Shown: positions 47,169-57,387 of the stretch, piece by piece | Position numbering within the stretch: the first letter of the stretch is position 1 | Layout: each line of letters starts with the position of its first letter | DNA from: an uncultured Candidatus Saccharibacteria bacterium | Lineage (GTDB): Bacteria; Patescibacteriota; Minisyncoccia; Phycocordibacterales; UBA3531 | Length of the DNA stretch: 64,000 nucleotides | Direction: 5' to 3' | Assembly: GCA_964361405.1 (NCBI GenBank) | Contig: CAYIAA010000003.1 | Location: forward strand, 4,146 to 68,145 | Program-made: the position numbers and the translations under genes | The notes under the pieces: model-generated | What the model was told of the DNA's origin: nothing | The model's input: only the letters and a program-made list of their open reading frames with translations | The model's database searches: none

Positions 47169-48722
47169 ATGAAAACATTTCTGGTGATAAGTGTACTTGT
47201 TGTGGTCGTCGTCCTCGGTGGTGCAATTTTTCTCTTAAGCACTATGGGGGGAGGGTCAAATATACTTGGTCCTCTCGGTGATTTCTTTCCTATTTCCGGG
47301 CAAGAAGACATACCTACCTCGGAAAATGTGCCCGGCGATGGGACAGATGAAGTCGACTCCCCCTTGGGGAATGACAGTGAAGGGTGGAGTGTTTCCCTTC
47401 CGTATCGGAAAATCACCGATAGGGAAATTGTCGGCTACACGATTATATCTAATTCGAAGGGTGAAAAACTTCGATATCTTGAACGCGGCACAGGCCATAT
47501 TTATGATTATGCTCTCCCAAGTCGCGAAGAATCGAAGGTTTCAAATAAGACCATCACCCGGGTGCAGGAGGTGCTCTGGGGTACGGGTGGAGAGTCATTC
47601 ATTGTGCGGCAAAGCCCTGATACGAGAGGTATTGTGAAAAATATTTCCTTTGCCTTTGAAGTTGAAGATGGGGTTCGGGATAATACCGCGGGACCACTTA
47701 TTATTATGAGCACTCTCGGAGTAGGGGACACGGGGCCCGACGTACTCTCACTCCAAAGAATACTCAACATGAGTGAATCAACTCAAATCGCTTCTTCCGG
47801 GCAAGGTTCACCGGGGGCGGAAACTATGTACTACGGGTCGCTCACTGCATCCGCCGTAAAAAAGTTTCAGGCGCTCCACACCACCCCGGCCGAGCCGACG
47901 GGTGTCCTTGATGAGGAAACGCGCGCACAATTGAACGAGGTAGCAAAAAACGAGTATGACAGGGGGTTTGGGTCCTCCGGAGAAGTGGAGGGTGAAACAC
48001 CCCTCGAGGCCCTTGAATTACCCAGTATTCAGGAAATTACTCTTTCTCCCCGTGGAAACCAGATATTCTATATCGCCAGAGAAAATGATTCTGCGGTCGG
48101 CCGCACTGCGGATTTGAAAAATAAAGGGGTGCGACGTGTGTATCAATCGCCCTTCGGTGAATGGAGTGTTAGTTGGCTACAGGAAAATACGGTCGCGCTC
48201 ACGACCAAACCATCCGAATCGGTCCTTGGATATCTCTATTTCTTGAACATCTCCTCGGGTTTACTCACTCCAATCTTAAAAGACATTCTTGGATTAACAG
48301 CACTTGTCGATCCGGGGTCTCTTAACCTGATCTATTCCGAAAAAGCAAAAATAGGAAATGGACTCTTCATGTACTTCTTCAATCGGGCTAACCGTACGAC
48401 GTCAATCCTCCCCATTCAAACACTCCCCGAGAAATGCGTCTGGAGCAAAAAGACTGCGGGACTCATTTACTGCGGAGTTCCCAACACCCTCCCAGGAGGA
48501 GAGTACCCAGACTCGTGGTACCGGGGCGAGATACGCTTCTCTGATAGTATTTGGGGCGTGCGTACACAGGAAAGTGAACACCAGCTCATCTGGAATCCCA
48601 AAGAAGAAACTCTCTCTCAAGATATCGACCTCATGGTTCCACTTCTCAACTCGGACGAGACCACGCTCTTCTTTATGAACAAGCGCGACGCATCACTTTG
48701 GTCGCTTGACCTAGACAAGTAA
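47169..48722 (+). CDS. Membrane-anchored beta-propeller-like protein with inserted peptidoglycan-binding-like domain
   Basis: N-terminal TM; 'YLERGTGHIY'; insert 'LQRILN...GSPGAETMYYGSLTASAVKKFQ'; 'TLPEKCVW...YCGVP...YPDSWY'. Confidence 0.75.
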   Translation: MKTFLVISVLVVVVVLGGAIFLLSTMGGGSNILGPLGDFFPISGQEDIPTSENVPGDGTDEVDSPLGNDSEGWSVSLPYRKITDREIVGYTIISNSKGEKLRYLERGTGHIYDYALPSREESKVSNKTITRVQEVLWGTGGESFIVRQSPDTRGIVKNISFAFEVEDGVRDNTAGPLIIMSTLGVGDTGPDVLSLQRILNMSESTQIASSGQGSPGAETMYYGSLTASAVKKFQALHTTPAEPTGVLDEETRAQLNEVAKNEYDRGFGSSGEVEGETPLEALELPSIQEITLSPRGNQIFYIARENDSAVGRTADLKNKGVRRVYQSPFGEWSVSWLQENTVALTTKPSESVLGYLYFLNISSGLLTPILKDILGLTALVDPGSLNLIYSEKAKIGNGLFMYFFNRANRTTSILPIQTLPEKCVWSKKTAGLIYCGVPNTLPGGEYPDSWYRGEIRFSDSIWGVRTQESEHQLIWNPKEETLSQDIDLMVPLLNSDETTLFFMNKRDASLWSLDLDK

Positions 48723-49451
48723 TTTCTTCGCCCGTCTCTTTACGAGAAGTTCGTGACTAATGGAAAATAGATTGCTGGTACACCAGTAAAGCGGGACTGC
48801 GGCTGGAAACCCGATAGAGACGAAAAAAACTACCCCCGGCAATACATAGCGCATCTGAAAACCCATACTTCTCTTGATTTCATCTCCAAATGAAAGATTC
48901 CCTTGGGATTCTTCCCGTGGTGGGGTCGGCGGGAATGACAGTTTGATCTGAACAAACTGCGACAGTGCGGCAAGGACAGCAAGAATAAGGCTTTTTTCAC
49001 GTATATCAAGTATGCCGAGAAATATAAAATTAACGCTGGGCAAGGAAATAAAGGAATACAGATTCTCGGCGATAAGACTGCCGCCGGCAAGCCCCTTCCA
49101 AAATACCCAGTAGAGAGCGATAATGACGGGAAATTGGATGAGGGCGCTCGCACACCCGGAGAGCGGGTTAATGCCGTGCTCTTTGTAAAGATTCATCATC
49201 GCGCGGGCTTGCTCCTCTTGATTCCCGCTGTGTCGTTCTCGCAATCGTTTAATCTCCGGGTCAATACGCCGAAGAGTTTGCTGGGTCTTTACTGATTTAT
49301 GAGCAAGCGGCAAGAGGGCTCCGCGTACAATGAGCGTGAGGAAGATAATTGCAATCCCAACGTCGCCTCCCGGAACAATTGTCACGACAAGAACAAGCGC
49401 GTTATAGAGCGGCTCGTAGAAAACGGTGGAAAAAAATTCTCCAAAGCTCAT
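48711..49451 (-). CDS. yidC: Membrane protein insertase YidC/Oxa1 (short form)
   Basis: 'GIAIIFLTLIVR..LLPL', 'LYKEHGINPLSGC', 'IQFP', 'LYWCTSN'. Confidence 0.93.
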   Translation of the reverse strand: MSFGEFFSTVFYEPLYNALVLVVTIVPGGDVGIAIIFLTLIVRGALLPLAHKSVKTQQTLRRIDPEIKRLRERHSGNQEEQARAMMNLYKEHGINPLSGCASALIQFPVIIALYWVFWKGLAGGSLIAENLYSFISLPSVNFIFLGILDIREKSLILAVLAALSQFVQIKLSFPPTPPREESQGNLSFGDEIKRSMGFQMRYVLPGVVFFVSIGFPAAVPLYWCTSNLFSISHELLVKRRAKKLLV

Positions 49452-49699
49452 GGTGTTTTCCTATCAACTGCGCAATTGGGAAAATAATCAACGCGCGGCT
49501 CTTGCCATGGGTGACAGCGCATAATCCGGAGAAAAGCATAAAGCGTGCCTTTCAAAAAACCTGTATTTTGAATTGCGTCTACCGCATACTGCGAACATGA
49601 TGGGTAGTACATACAACTCCACTTACCACTTCCAAACCCCGTCCGCGGAGAAAAAAATTCTTGGTACACCTTGATGGCGCCAACCGCGATAACCTTCAT
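49448..49699 (-). CDS. yidD: Membrane protein insertion efficiency factor YidD
   Basis: 'CMYYPSCSQYA', 'RIMRCHPW'; conserved synteny. Confidence 0.9.
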   Translation of the reverse strand: MKVIAVGAIKVYQEFFSPRTGFGSGKWSCMYYPSCSQYAVDAIQNTGFLKGTLYAFLRIMRCHPWQEPRVDYFPNCAVDRKTP

Positions 49700-50043
49700 T
49701 GATCTATTGTATGTAACATTGAGAGAAGTTCTTCGCGTAGTACTGTGAAGGGGAGTGTGAGAGCTCCTGGTTTAAAGAAAAACATATACCGCAATGATTT
49801 TTTATTTTTAGGAAGGATGTCTTTTAGTATAGCCCTTGCTCTGCGTTTCAGTAAGTGCCGGTCAACTGATTTTTTATAGTATTTTACAGGAACAACGATG
49901 ATAATTTCGTCGATCTTAAGCTTTGGGTCTTTGGTGAGAGAAAACCCCATGTGTGTAGAGGTAAATCGCCGTGTGTAGAGAGGAGGGGGTCTAACCGCAC
50001 CCGCTCGAATCCCTTGGGTTCTTGGGGTCCCGGGCTTGTGCAT
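49696..50043 (-). CDS. rnpA: Ribonuclease P protein component (divergent)
   Basis: 'KKSVDRHLLKRRAR' RNR-like motif; lies between rpmH and yidD. Confidence 0.75.
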   Translation of the reverse strand: MHKPGTPRTQGIRAGAVRPPPLYTRRFTSTHMGFSLTKDPKLKIDEIIIVVPVKYYKKSVDRHLLKRRARAILKDILPKNKKSLRYMFFFKPGALTLPFTVLREELLSMLHTIDQ

Positions 50044-50055
50044 TTAACGATTAAA

Positions 50056-50190
50056 TTAAACCGAAAGACGGCTTCGGTTCTTTCTCCTTCTCCTTTTTAA
50101 AACATTTCTACCGTTTTTTGTTTTACTGCGAACTAAAAAACCGTGGGTTTTTGCTCTTTTCCTTTTTTTGGGTTGATACGTTGTTGACAT
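50056..50190 (-). CDS. rpmH: 50S ribosomal protein L34 (not in ORF track)
   Basis: Manual translation [44 protein letters not shown]. Confidence 0.95.
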   Translation of the reverse strand: MSTTYQPKKRKRAKTHGFLVRSKTKNGRNVLKRRRRKNRSRLSV

Positions 50191-50349
50191 GATAAAGCAG
50201 TGTATAATAGCTGATGCGGGAAATCAACTTGTTGTTCTTTTTTCGGTTTTCTGGTCTAGCACACTTCTCCACATAAAGAATCCCCTTTTTACTCACAGAT
50301 TTTCACTCTTCTTTGAGTTGAGTGCGGGCACTATAATCTTTCTACGTAT

Positions 50350-51750
50350 ATGCACGCAAGCGATTACTATAAACCCCTTGATGACGCCGGTGGACTTTGG
50401 GAGAGAGCGCTTATTGAAATAGGGCTCTCTGTCTCAAAAGCAAACTTCAGCACGTGGTTTAAAAACACCGCAATCTCAAAAAAAGACGAGGGTGTAATTA
50501 TTCTTTCGGTACCAAATGCATTCGTTAAAGACTGGTTGAGCAATAAATTCCACAAACACATCCTTCGTGCGCTTCGCAACATAGCTCCTGAAGTTCGGAG
50601 TATTGAGTATATCATCGCACACTCCGTTCCTGCCAACCGAGAACCTGTGGGGCGAATAGAGCCTCCAGTTCTATACTCGGAACAACTTCGGATGAGCGAG
50701 CTCGACGCAAACCACGAAACTGGTTTGAACCCTAAATACGTTTTCAACTCATTTGTCGTTGGGCCGTTTAACGAGCTTGCCCACTCTGCCGCACAAGCGG
50801 TGATTAAAAATCCTGGCGTCAGCTATAACCCACTCTTTATTTACGCGGGGACAGGTTTAGGAAAAACACATCTAATACAGGCGATTGGAAATCAGATTAA
50901 AAAAACGGATCCGGGGAAAAGCGTCTATTACCTGACGTCTGAAAAATTCACACTCGATTACATCGAGTCGGTCCAAAACAACAAGATGTATCTCTTTAAG
51001 GAAAAATACAGAAAGTATGATTGCCTCATTATGGACGACATACAGTTTGTCGCAGGGAAAGAGCGTACACAAGAAGAACTTTTTCACCTTTTCAACAATC
51101 TCTATAACAGCAACAAACAGATTATTTTTTCTTCCGATAAGGCGCCAAAATACATCACCTCAATAGAAAGCAGGCTTCGGTCTCGGTTTGAGGGGGGGAT
51201 GATTGTTGACATCTCACACCCAGATTTCGAGTCCCGGTTCGCTATACTCAAATCAAAGCTCAAGGAGCTTGAGTTTGCGCCGTCTGATGCGGTGGTTGAG
51301 TATATTGCTTCAGCTATCCAAGATAATATCCGAGAGCTTGAGGGAGCTCTTAACTCGGTCATTTGTCAATCACAACTAAAAAGGAGAAATCTAAATGTTC
51401 AGGAGATAAAAACCCTTATTAAAAACAACATTAAACCCAAGAGAACTATTTCAGTGAAAGAAGTGATTAAAACGGTAGCGCAATTTTATAACATTGAAGA
51501 GCGCTCTTTATATGAAAAAACTCGAAGGAAAGAGATTGTGAAACCACGGCAAGTGATAATGTATATTTTACGGGAAGACTTCAACACTTCATACCCGTAT
51601 ATCGGCCAAAAACTCGGTGGGAGAGATCATACTACTGTTATCCATGCATATGAAAAAATTAAAAAAGACCTCCGTGGTGACTCGCTTTTAGTACAAGAAC
51701 TCGATCAAATAAAAATCTTATTAAATAACGCCGAACCAGTTGGTGTATAA
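50350..51750 (+). CDS. dnaA: Chromosomal replication initiator DnaA
   Basis: 'YNPLFIYAGTGLGKTHL', 'DDIQF', 'RLRSRF', 'GGRDHTTVIHA'. Confidence 0.98.
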   Translation: MHASDYYKPLDDAGGLWERALIEIGLSVSKANFSTWFKNTAISKKDEGVIILSVPNAFVKDWLSNKFHKHILRALRNIAPEVRSIEYIIAHSVPANREPVGRIEPPVLYSEQLRMSELDANHETGLNPKYVFNSFVVGPFNELAHSAAQAVIKNPGVSYNPLFIYAGTGLGKTHLIQAIGNQIKKTDPGKSVYYLTSEKFTLDYIESVQNNKMYLFKEKYRKYDCLIMDDIQFVAGKERTQEELFHLFNNLYNSNKQIIFSSDKAPKYITSIESRLRSRFEGGMIVDISHPDFESRFAILKSKLKELEFAPSDAVVEYIASAIQDNIRELEGALNSVICQSQLKRRNLNVQEIKTLIKNNIKPKRTISVKEVIKTVAQFYNIEERSLYEKTRRKEIVKPRQVIMYILREDFNTSYPYIGQKLGGRDHTTVIHAYEKIKKDLRGDSLLVQELDQIKILLNNAEPVGV

Positions 51751-51962
51751 CCAGTCAACTTCTTGTGTATAATTTTTTATCTATTAATAAAAAGCTCATC
51801 AGTTTTTTATTAACAACAGATTTTCCAGAACTTACCAACACCCTTGTTGGTAAAATATCAAACCAATACCTCATATAATGTACTTTTCCACTTATACACA
51901 ACCATAATAATAATTAATCTTTCTTAATTAAATAAACTTAATTAATTTACACACCACTTTGT
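51742..51962. other. Probable replication origin (oriC)
   Basis: DnaA boxes TGTGTATAA (51764-72) and TTATACACA (51892-900) plus degenerate boxes, followed by a (TAA)n trio-like run and an AT-rich tract, between dnaA and dnaN. Confidence 0.8.
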
Positions 51963-53063
51963 ATGAAAGTTGAATGTTTTAGAAAAAAATTACTTGACTG
52001 TATTCTCCTCTCCGGACGTATCGCAAGTAAAGATTCTACCCTCCCTACACTTAATGCAATTCTTTTTAGTGCTAACGGATCATCACTTAAACTAAGAGCG
52101 ACAAATCTCGATGCCGGTATTGAGTTTGATATACCAGCGAAAGTTCAAAAACAAGGGTCTGTGTTAGTTCCTAGTGATGTTATAGGAGGTTTTCTTAGTG
52201 CTCTTGAGGGGGATGAGTTTGTAAAACTTGAGGTGGTGGAAAAAAACCTTTCAATTACAACAAAACACAACTCAACACTTTTACACTCTTACCCCGTAGA
52301 TGATTTTCCTAACTTACCCCCACTAGAACCAACACACACCTTTGAGATTGATACTAAAGAACTGGTTGGGTGTATTAAGTCTGTGTGGTATAGCACCTCA
52401 ACATCTGACATAAAACCAGAACTTGCAAGTGTACTTATTTATCCACACCACAATACGTTAGTATTTGTGGCCACAGATTCGTTTCGTTTGGCTGAAAAAA
52501 AGACAGCACTTGAACCCCCCCAACAATTTCCCCCAATACTCATACCGTACAAAATTGCATCCGAAGTAACCCGCATGTTTGAGGGTATTGATGGTTTTGT
52601 TTCTGTGCGATTTAACAAAAACCAAATTTCTTTTTCAACGCAGGGTATTTACTTTACTTCCCGACTTACTGACGGTGTATTTCCTAACTACCAACAAATT
52701 ATTGTCTCGACGTTTAAAACAGAAGCCGTTGTTTTAAAAAACGATCTCCAATCATCATTGAAAATTGCCCATATTTTTCTCAATAAATTGAATAAAGTTG
52801 ATCTTAAAATCTCAAAAGAAGACAAACTATTTGAAATTGTCTCGCGTGGGGGGAATGTTGGGGAAAACACTAGCACAATTTCCGCCGCGATTGAGGGAGA
52901 AGATATTGAGATGAGTTTCAACCACCGATATGTGTTTGAAGTTTTTCAATCAATAGGGGAGGACAGTGTGGTACTTAAATTTAATAGCCCAACAAAACCA
53001 ATGGTAATTGAGGGAGTGGGGAATAAGACATTTACGTACTTGGTTATGCCTATGAACCGTTGA
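51963..53063 (+). CDS. dnaN: DNA polymerase III beta clamp
   Basis: 'LRATNLD', 'DDFP', 'VATDSFRLAE', 'FPNYQQII', 'YLVMPM'. Confidence 0.96.
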   Translation: MKVECFRKKLLDCILLSGRIASKDSTLPTLNAILFSANGSSLKLRATNLDAGIEFDIPAKVQKQGSVLVPSDVIGGFLSALEGDEFVKLEVVEKNLSITTKHNSTLLHSYPVDDFPNLPPLEPTHTFEIDTKELVGCIKSVWYSTSTSDIKPELASVLIYPHHNTLVFVATDSFRLAEKKTALEPPQQFPPILIPYKIASEVTRMFEGIDGFVSVRFNKNQISFSTQGIYFTSRLTDGVFPNYQQIIVSTFKTEAVVLKNDLQSSLKIAHIFLNKLNKVDLKISKEDKLFEIVSRGGNVGENTSTISAAIEGEDIEMSFNHRYVFEVFQSIGEDSVVLKFNSPTKPMVIEGVGNKTFTYLVMPMNR

Positions 53064-53064
53064 T

Positions 53065-53331
53065 ATGTCGTGGACAGGAATTGGGCATTATTTATCGAGA
53101 TTTAGACAATTTCACCCACCAGAAGATACTGTACAGATTCGATGCGCTGAAGTTTTAAGTCGGGCACTAGGAGTCATTATTTCTTCCGAAAATATCTCGA
53201 TTAAGAATCACTGTCTTTATGTTCAAAAAATCGACAGTGTAACGAAAGGCGAAGTGTATCTTAAAAAAGAGAGTTTACTCAGACTGATTCGAACAGAACT
53301 CGGGAGTGGGGTAGTCACCAATATTAAATAG
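53065..53331 (+). CDS. Hypothetical protein, possibly DciA/DUF721-like
   Basis: 88-aa ORF 1 nt after the dnaN stop. The family is guessed from size, pattern and context only. Confidence 0.5.
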   Translation: MSWTGIGHYLSRFRQFHPPEDTVQIRCAEVLSRALGVIISSENISIKNHCLYVQKIDSVTKGEVYLKKESLLRLIRTELGSGVVTNIK

Positions 53332-55870
53332 TGATAGTAATAGGAATTCTTGATTCCCCTTGATTGCGTACCGAATCAAAGACACGAATGAGGAGCTCGC
53401 CAACTCCTGGAGAAACACCACTCTCATTTGGTACAAAGGAGAAAGCTGACGCAATTCCCGTTCTTGACCCAAGAAACACGCCATTTAGGTAGTAATCGGT
53501 TTGTGTAATTGGAAACTTTCCAACCGCATTTACACTGACCAAGATTGTTTCGTTTTCTCCAAACGAAGCCCCACCCAGAGGCTTTATAACACTCACCCTT
53601 GGTGTGTTGTCGGGCGTGTGTATGTCATCAGTCTCTTTAGGGATGGTGTCTTTTGTTTCATCAACAATACCGTGATCGAATGCCCACTTTCTCACCCACG
53701 GCTCCCAGAGATTGAACTGCGGATCATCCACAGGATTCCCGGGTCGACCGCCACGGGGGTTTGATTTATCGAGCCAGTAAAGAATCGAGTGAACCTCGGT
53801 TACCACATGCTCTTCGCGGACCTCTGGCGGCGTATATTCGGTTGCCAGTTTCTTAGAGACTTTATCTAGGAAGTAGTTTTCTCCACCCCGCCACATCCCC
53901 CGGAGCACGGGTTTCAAACTCTCGTACCCGGGGTCTTGTTCGGGCGCGGAAAATTTTTCGACCGGAAGAGATGGTAAAATAGCGTCCATAAAAGCCCTCC
54001 ACATCGGAGCAATAATGAAACCGGCGACACGTTTTTCCATTGACGAGCCATCGTTGTTCCCTGCCCAAGTACCAACAACAAGGCTAGGTGTGTAGCCCAC
54101 AGTCCAAACATCTTGGTAATAATTTGTAGTACCTGTTTTTGCGGCGACTTGGCGCTCGGGGACATAGAGAGGGGAAGCATCGCCGAAGGCGGGTGCGCGC
54201 GCCCGGTTGTCGGAGAGGATATCGCTTATCTGCCGAGCGATGTTTTCGTCTACAGCACGCTCGGGCCGAAGGTCGAATACTTCAATAGTTGCGCCGTTTT
54301 GGTCTTTAACTTCGATAATCGGTATGGAGATATTTCGTATTCCATCGTTTGCAAACACACCATATGCACCAGTGAGCTCAAGGAGCGTCACCTCGCCTCC
54401 TCCCAAGACGAGTGTGAGTCCGTAGCGATTTGGGTCGGTAAGTGTGGTAATACCCATATCTCGAGCTGTCTCAAGCGATTCTTTAATACCAGCGAGGTAA
54501 AGTACTTTGACCGCCGGCACGTTAATTGACTGAGCAAGGGCGTTTCGGAATGTTATGGGGCCACGAAATATGTCGTCGAAATTTCCCGGCGTGTAGCACG
54601 CCTCCGGGCTCGCATTGCCGAGGGGGACACCTTCTGGTGTGCACTCTGTCGAGAACTGTGTCTGTACATCAAACACAATTGTCTCAGGTGTGTATCCACG
54701 CTTAAACGCCGTAGCGTAGACGAAAGGTTTGAAAGCGGATCCGGGTTGGCGATGACCGAGAGTGACGTTAAAATTTCCTTCCCCCTCGATGTCGAAGTAA
54801 TTTCTTGACCCGACCATTGCGAGAATATGACCCGTTTTCGGGTCTATAGCCACAAGCCCAGCGTTCTTTGCGTTAAAAGTTTCTGCATTTATCGCGCCGA
54901 AGCGCGTGACAACCTCTTCTGCTTTCTTTTGCATTTCCCAGTCCAGGGTTGTGATGACCTTAAATCCTCCGGTTTCCACCGCTTCAACTCCATAACGGTC
55001 CTCAAGGTGTTCCCGGACGAACATCACAAAGTGCGGGGCCTTAATACCTTTTTCTTGAGGTGGGAGAAAGGTAACTTGTTCAAGGCGCGCTCTATTTCTT
55101 TCACTCTCCGAGATAAAACCAAGCTCCACCATTCGACCGAGGATGATGTTCTTCCTTTCAAGGAGCTTTGGCACATGCTCCCCGTGTGGAGAATAGTAGG
55201 TTGGTGCTTTGGGGAGTGCGGCGAGGTAGCTGGCTTCGGCAAGTGAAACATCAGTAGCACTCTTTCCAAAAAAAGCCTGACTCGCTTCCTCGACCCCATA
55301 CACACTCCCACCATACGGCGCGTCGTTTAGGTAAAGAGTAAGGATGTCGTCCTTCGACATCAACTTCTCGAGTTTCAAAGCAAGTACCGCTTCTTTAATC
55401 TTCCTCGAGAGTTTTTTCTCTTTACTGAGTAACGTATTCTTAATCACCTGTTGGGTGATAGTCGATCCGCCCTGCTCCACCCTCACTGAAACCAGATTCA
55501 CGAGGAAAGCGCGAAATATTGCGGTTACCCGAACACCACGGTGTTCGTAGAATTCGGAGTCTTCAATTGCAACCGTCGCATTCCGTATATGGAGGGAGAT
55601 TTCTTCATAGGGGATAATGCGCCGCTTAATCTGCCCGTGAATATCATAAAGAAGTATTTCACCGGTACGGTCGTATATTTTCGTTGATTGCGCAATCTTA
55701 CGCTCCTCAAACGTTTCAAAGTCTGGCAGGGGAAGTGCTGATACCCAGAGGATAAACCAACCTGCAAAAAAAATAAGAAGCGCTCCGAAAATGACAGCAA
55801 GGTGAGAAATTTGTTTTTGCAGGACCCGCTTTCTTTTCAGGCCTTTTAGGTTTTGACTCATATGCGCCAT
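53324..55870 (-). CDS. Class A penicillin-binding protein (transglycosylase/transpeptidase) with C-terminal Ig-like domain
   Basis: 'AIEDSEFYEH.G', 'GGSTITQQ', 'RKIKE', SxxK 'GSAFKP', 'SIN', 'KTGT'. Confidence 0.94.
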   Translation of the reverse strand: MAHMSQNLKGLKRKRVLQKQISHLAVIFGALLIFFAGWFILWVSALPLPDFETFEERKIAQSTKIYDRTGEILLYDIHGQIKRRIIPYEEISLHIRNATVAIEDSEFYEHRGVRVTAIFRAFLVNLVSVRVEQGGSTITQQVIKNTLLSKEKKLSRKIKEAVLALKLEKLMSKDDILTLYLNDAPYGGSVYGVEEASQAFFGKSATDVSLAEASYLAALPKAPTYYSPHGEHVPKLLERKNIILGRMVELGFISESERNRARLEQVTFLPPQEKGIKAPHFVMFVREHLEDRYGVEAVETGGFKVITTLDWEMQKKAEEVVTRFGAINAETFNAKNAGLVAIDPKTGHILAMVGSRNYFDIEGEGNFNVTLGHRQPGSAFKPFVYATAFKRGYTPETIVFDVQTQFSTECTPEGVPLGNASPEACYTPGNFDDIFRGPITFRNALAQSINVPAVKVLYLAGIKESLETARDMGITTLTDPNRYGLTLVLGGGEVTLLELTGAYGVFANDGIRNISIPIIEVKDQNGATIEVFDLRPERAVDENIARQISDILSDNRARAPAFGDASPLYVPERQVAAKTGTTNYYQDVWTVGYTPSLVVGTWAGNNDGSSMEKRVAGFIIAPMWRAFMDAILPSLPVEKFSAPEQDPGYESLKPVLRGMWRGGENYFLDKVSKKLATEYTPPEVREEHVVTEVHSILYWLDKSNPRGGRPGNPVDDPQFNLWEPWVRKWAFDHGIVDETKDTIPKETDDIHTPDNTPRVSVIKPLGGASFGENETILVSVNAVGKFPITQTDYYLNGVFLGSRTGIASAFSFVPNESGVSPGVGELLIRVFDSVRNQGESRIPITITI

Positions 55871-55932
55871 TTATTTTAGCACAAGATTCGTGAGTCAAGA
55901 CAAATAAAAAAAGTTGTGGTAAAGTACGGAGC

Positions 55933-57141
55933 GTGGAGATAATTACTGACGCATCTAAAATCGAGGAACTTTTAACGCGGGGTATTGAGGACAGTATCCA
56001 GCGTGAACATCTTCTGGATAAACTCTCGCGAGGAGTAAAACTCAAAATAAAATTCGGTATTGACCCCACATCGCCCCATATTCATCTGGGAAGAGCGGTA
56101 CCACTTCGAAAACTCCGTCGCTTTCAGGAGTTGGGGCATGAAATCATACTTGTGGTTGGGGACTTTACCGCGCAGATCGGAGACCCTTCTGATAAACTAC
56201 TCCGCCGCCCCATGCTCTCCGAGGACGATGTTCACACCAACATGAAAGGATACAAAGAAACCCTCGGAAAAATCCTTGATATCGACTCCGTTACCTTCCT
56301 CTATAACAGCTCGTGGCTCACAGGGCTTTCCATGAAAAAGCTTACCGAACTTGCCGAAATTTTTTCAGTTCAACAGATGCTTGCGCGAAGAAATTTTAAA
56401 ACTCGCTATGAAACAGGAACTGAAATCAGCTTACGGGAGTTTCTCTACCCGATTTTTCAAGGGTATGACTCATTCCATATCGCGAGCGATGTTGAAATTG
56501 GCGGGTCTGACCAACTGTTTAATTTAAAAGCGGGGAGGACTATTCAGAAATATCTGGGGCAGAGCGAGCAAGACATCCTCACGACGAAAATGCTCCGCGG
56601 TACTGACGGCAGGAAAATGTCGAGTGCGTGGGGAAATGTGATTTCCATCTCCGATGCGCCACAGGAAATGTTTGGCCGGACTATGTCACTACGCGACGAA
56701 CTTATCGGAGAATACCTTCTTCTCTCAACCGACACATTACTTTCAGAGATTAAAGAACACGAAAAAGGAATCGAAGATGGGCACGTCAACCCAAGAGACG
56801 TAAAACTTCTCCTTGCGGAGAGAATAGTCGCGCTCTACCACGGCGCGGGAGCCGCCCAATTCGCCCGGGAGGCATTTCTCGATACGTTTAGTCGCGGAAA
56901 ACCAAAAGAGACCGAGGCAATACTCGCACGAAAGGACGAGCGACTTGAAGATGTGCTTCTTAAACACAAAATTGTTTCTTCGCGGAGTAGTTTGCGCCGG
57001 CTTCTCTTGGCCGGTGCGATTCGGGTGTACCGAGACGGTATTGAAACACCACTTTCGAATCTTAGCGGGGCAGTCGAAGAAGAAATGCTTGTCCGTGTGG
57101 GGAAAAAAAAGTTCATCACCATAAAAAACCCCCCGCTCTAG
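55933..57141 (+). CDS. tyrS: Tyrosine-tRNA ligase
   Basis: 'GIDPTSPHIHLG', 'IGDPS', 'YPIFQGYD', 'GGSDQLFN', 'KMSS', C-terminal S4-like domain. Confidence 0.95.
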   Translation: MEIITDASKIEELLTRGIEDSIQREHLLDKLSRGVKLKIKFGIDPTSPHIHLGRAVPLRKLRRFQELGHEIILVVGDFTAQIGDPSDKLLRRPMLSEDDVHTNMKGYKETLGKILDIDSVTFLYNSSWLTGLSMKKLTELAEIFSVQQMLARRNFKTRYETGTEISLREFLYPIFQGYDSFHIASDVEIGGSDQLFNLKAGRTIQKYLGQSEQDILTTKMLRGTDGRKMSSAWGNVISISDAPQEMFGRTMSLRDELIGEYLLLSTDTLLSEIKEHEKGIEDGHVNPRDVKLLLAERIVALYHGAGAAQFAREAFLDTFSRGKPKETEAILARKDERLEDVLLKHKIVSSRSSLRRLLLAGAIRVYRDGIETPLSNLSGAVEEEMLVRVGKKKFITIKNPPL

Positions 57142-57168
57142 GCGGGGGGCAGGGACCACTCGCAGACC

Positions 57169-57321
57169 TTATTCTTCAAGCGGGTCCACGCTGTCGTCTG
57201 TCTTTTCTTCTTCGTCGCCCTTATTGCCGACTACCGCCTCACCCTCGACGGGAGAATCGTCGTCTCGGAAGATATCATCGTCGGGCACGGGAAGAGCATA
57301 TACTGAAATCATAGTATTCAT
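57169..57321 (-). CDS. Small acidic hypothetical protein (50 aa, not in ORF track)
   Basis: Manual translation MNTMISVYALPVPDDDIFRDDDSPVEGEAVVGNKGDEEEKTDDSVDPLEE. Confidence 0.45.
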   Translation of the reverse strand: MNTMISVYALPVPDDDIFRDDDSPVEGEAVVGNKGDEEEKTDDSVDPLEE

Positions 57322-57387
57322 GCTAGGTTATTAAAAGTTAAAACGACCTTCCCCTATTAGGGTGTACATATTCTCGTAGAAAAAAAA

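Noticed and set aside
49696-53331. AT-rich stretch as horizontally acquired DNA
   Set aside because: It contains rnpA, rpmH, dnaA, oriC and dnaN in canonical order.
55933-57141. TyrS variant motifs HLGR and KMSSA as signs of inactivation or altered specificity
   Set aside because: The protein is full length with the other Tyr-binding motifs intact, and such HIGH/KMSKS variants are within normal family variation.
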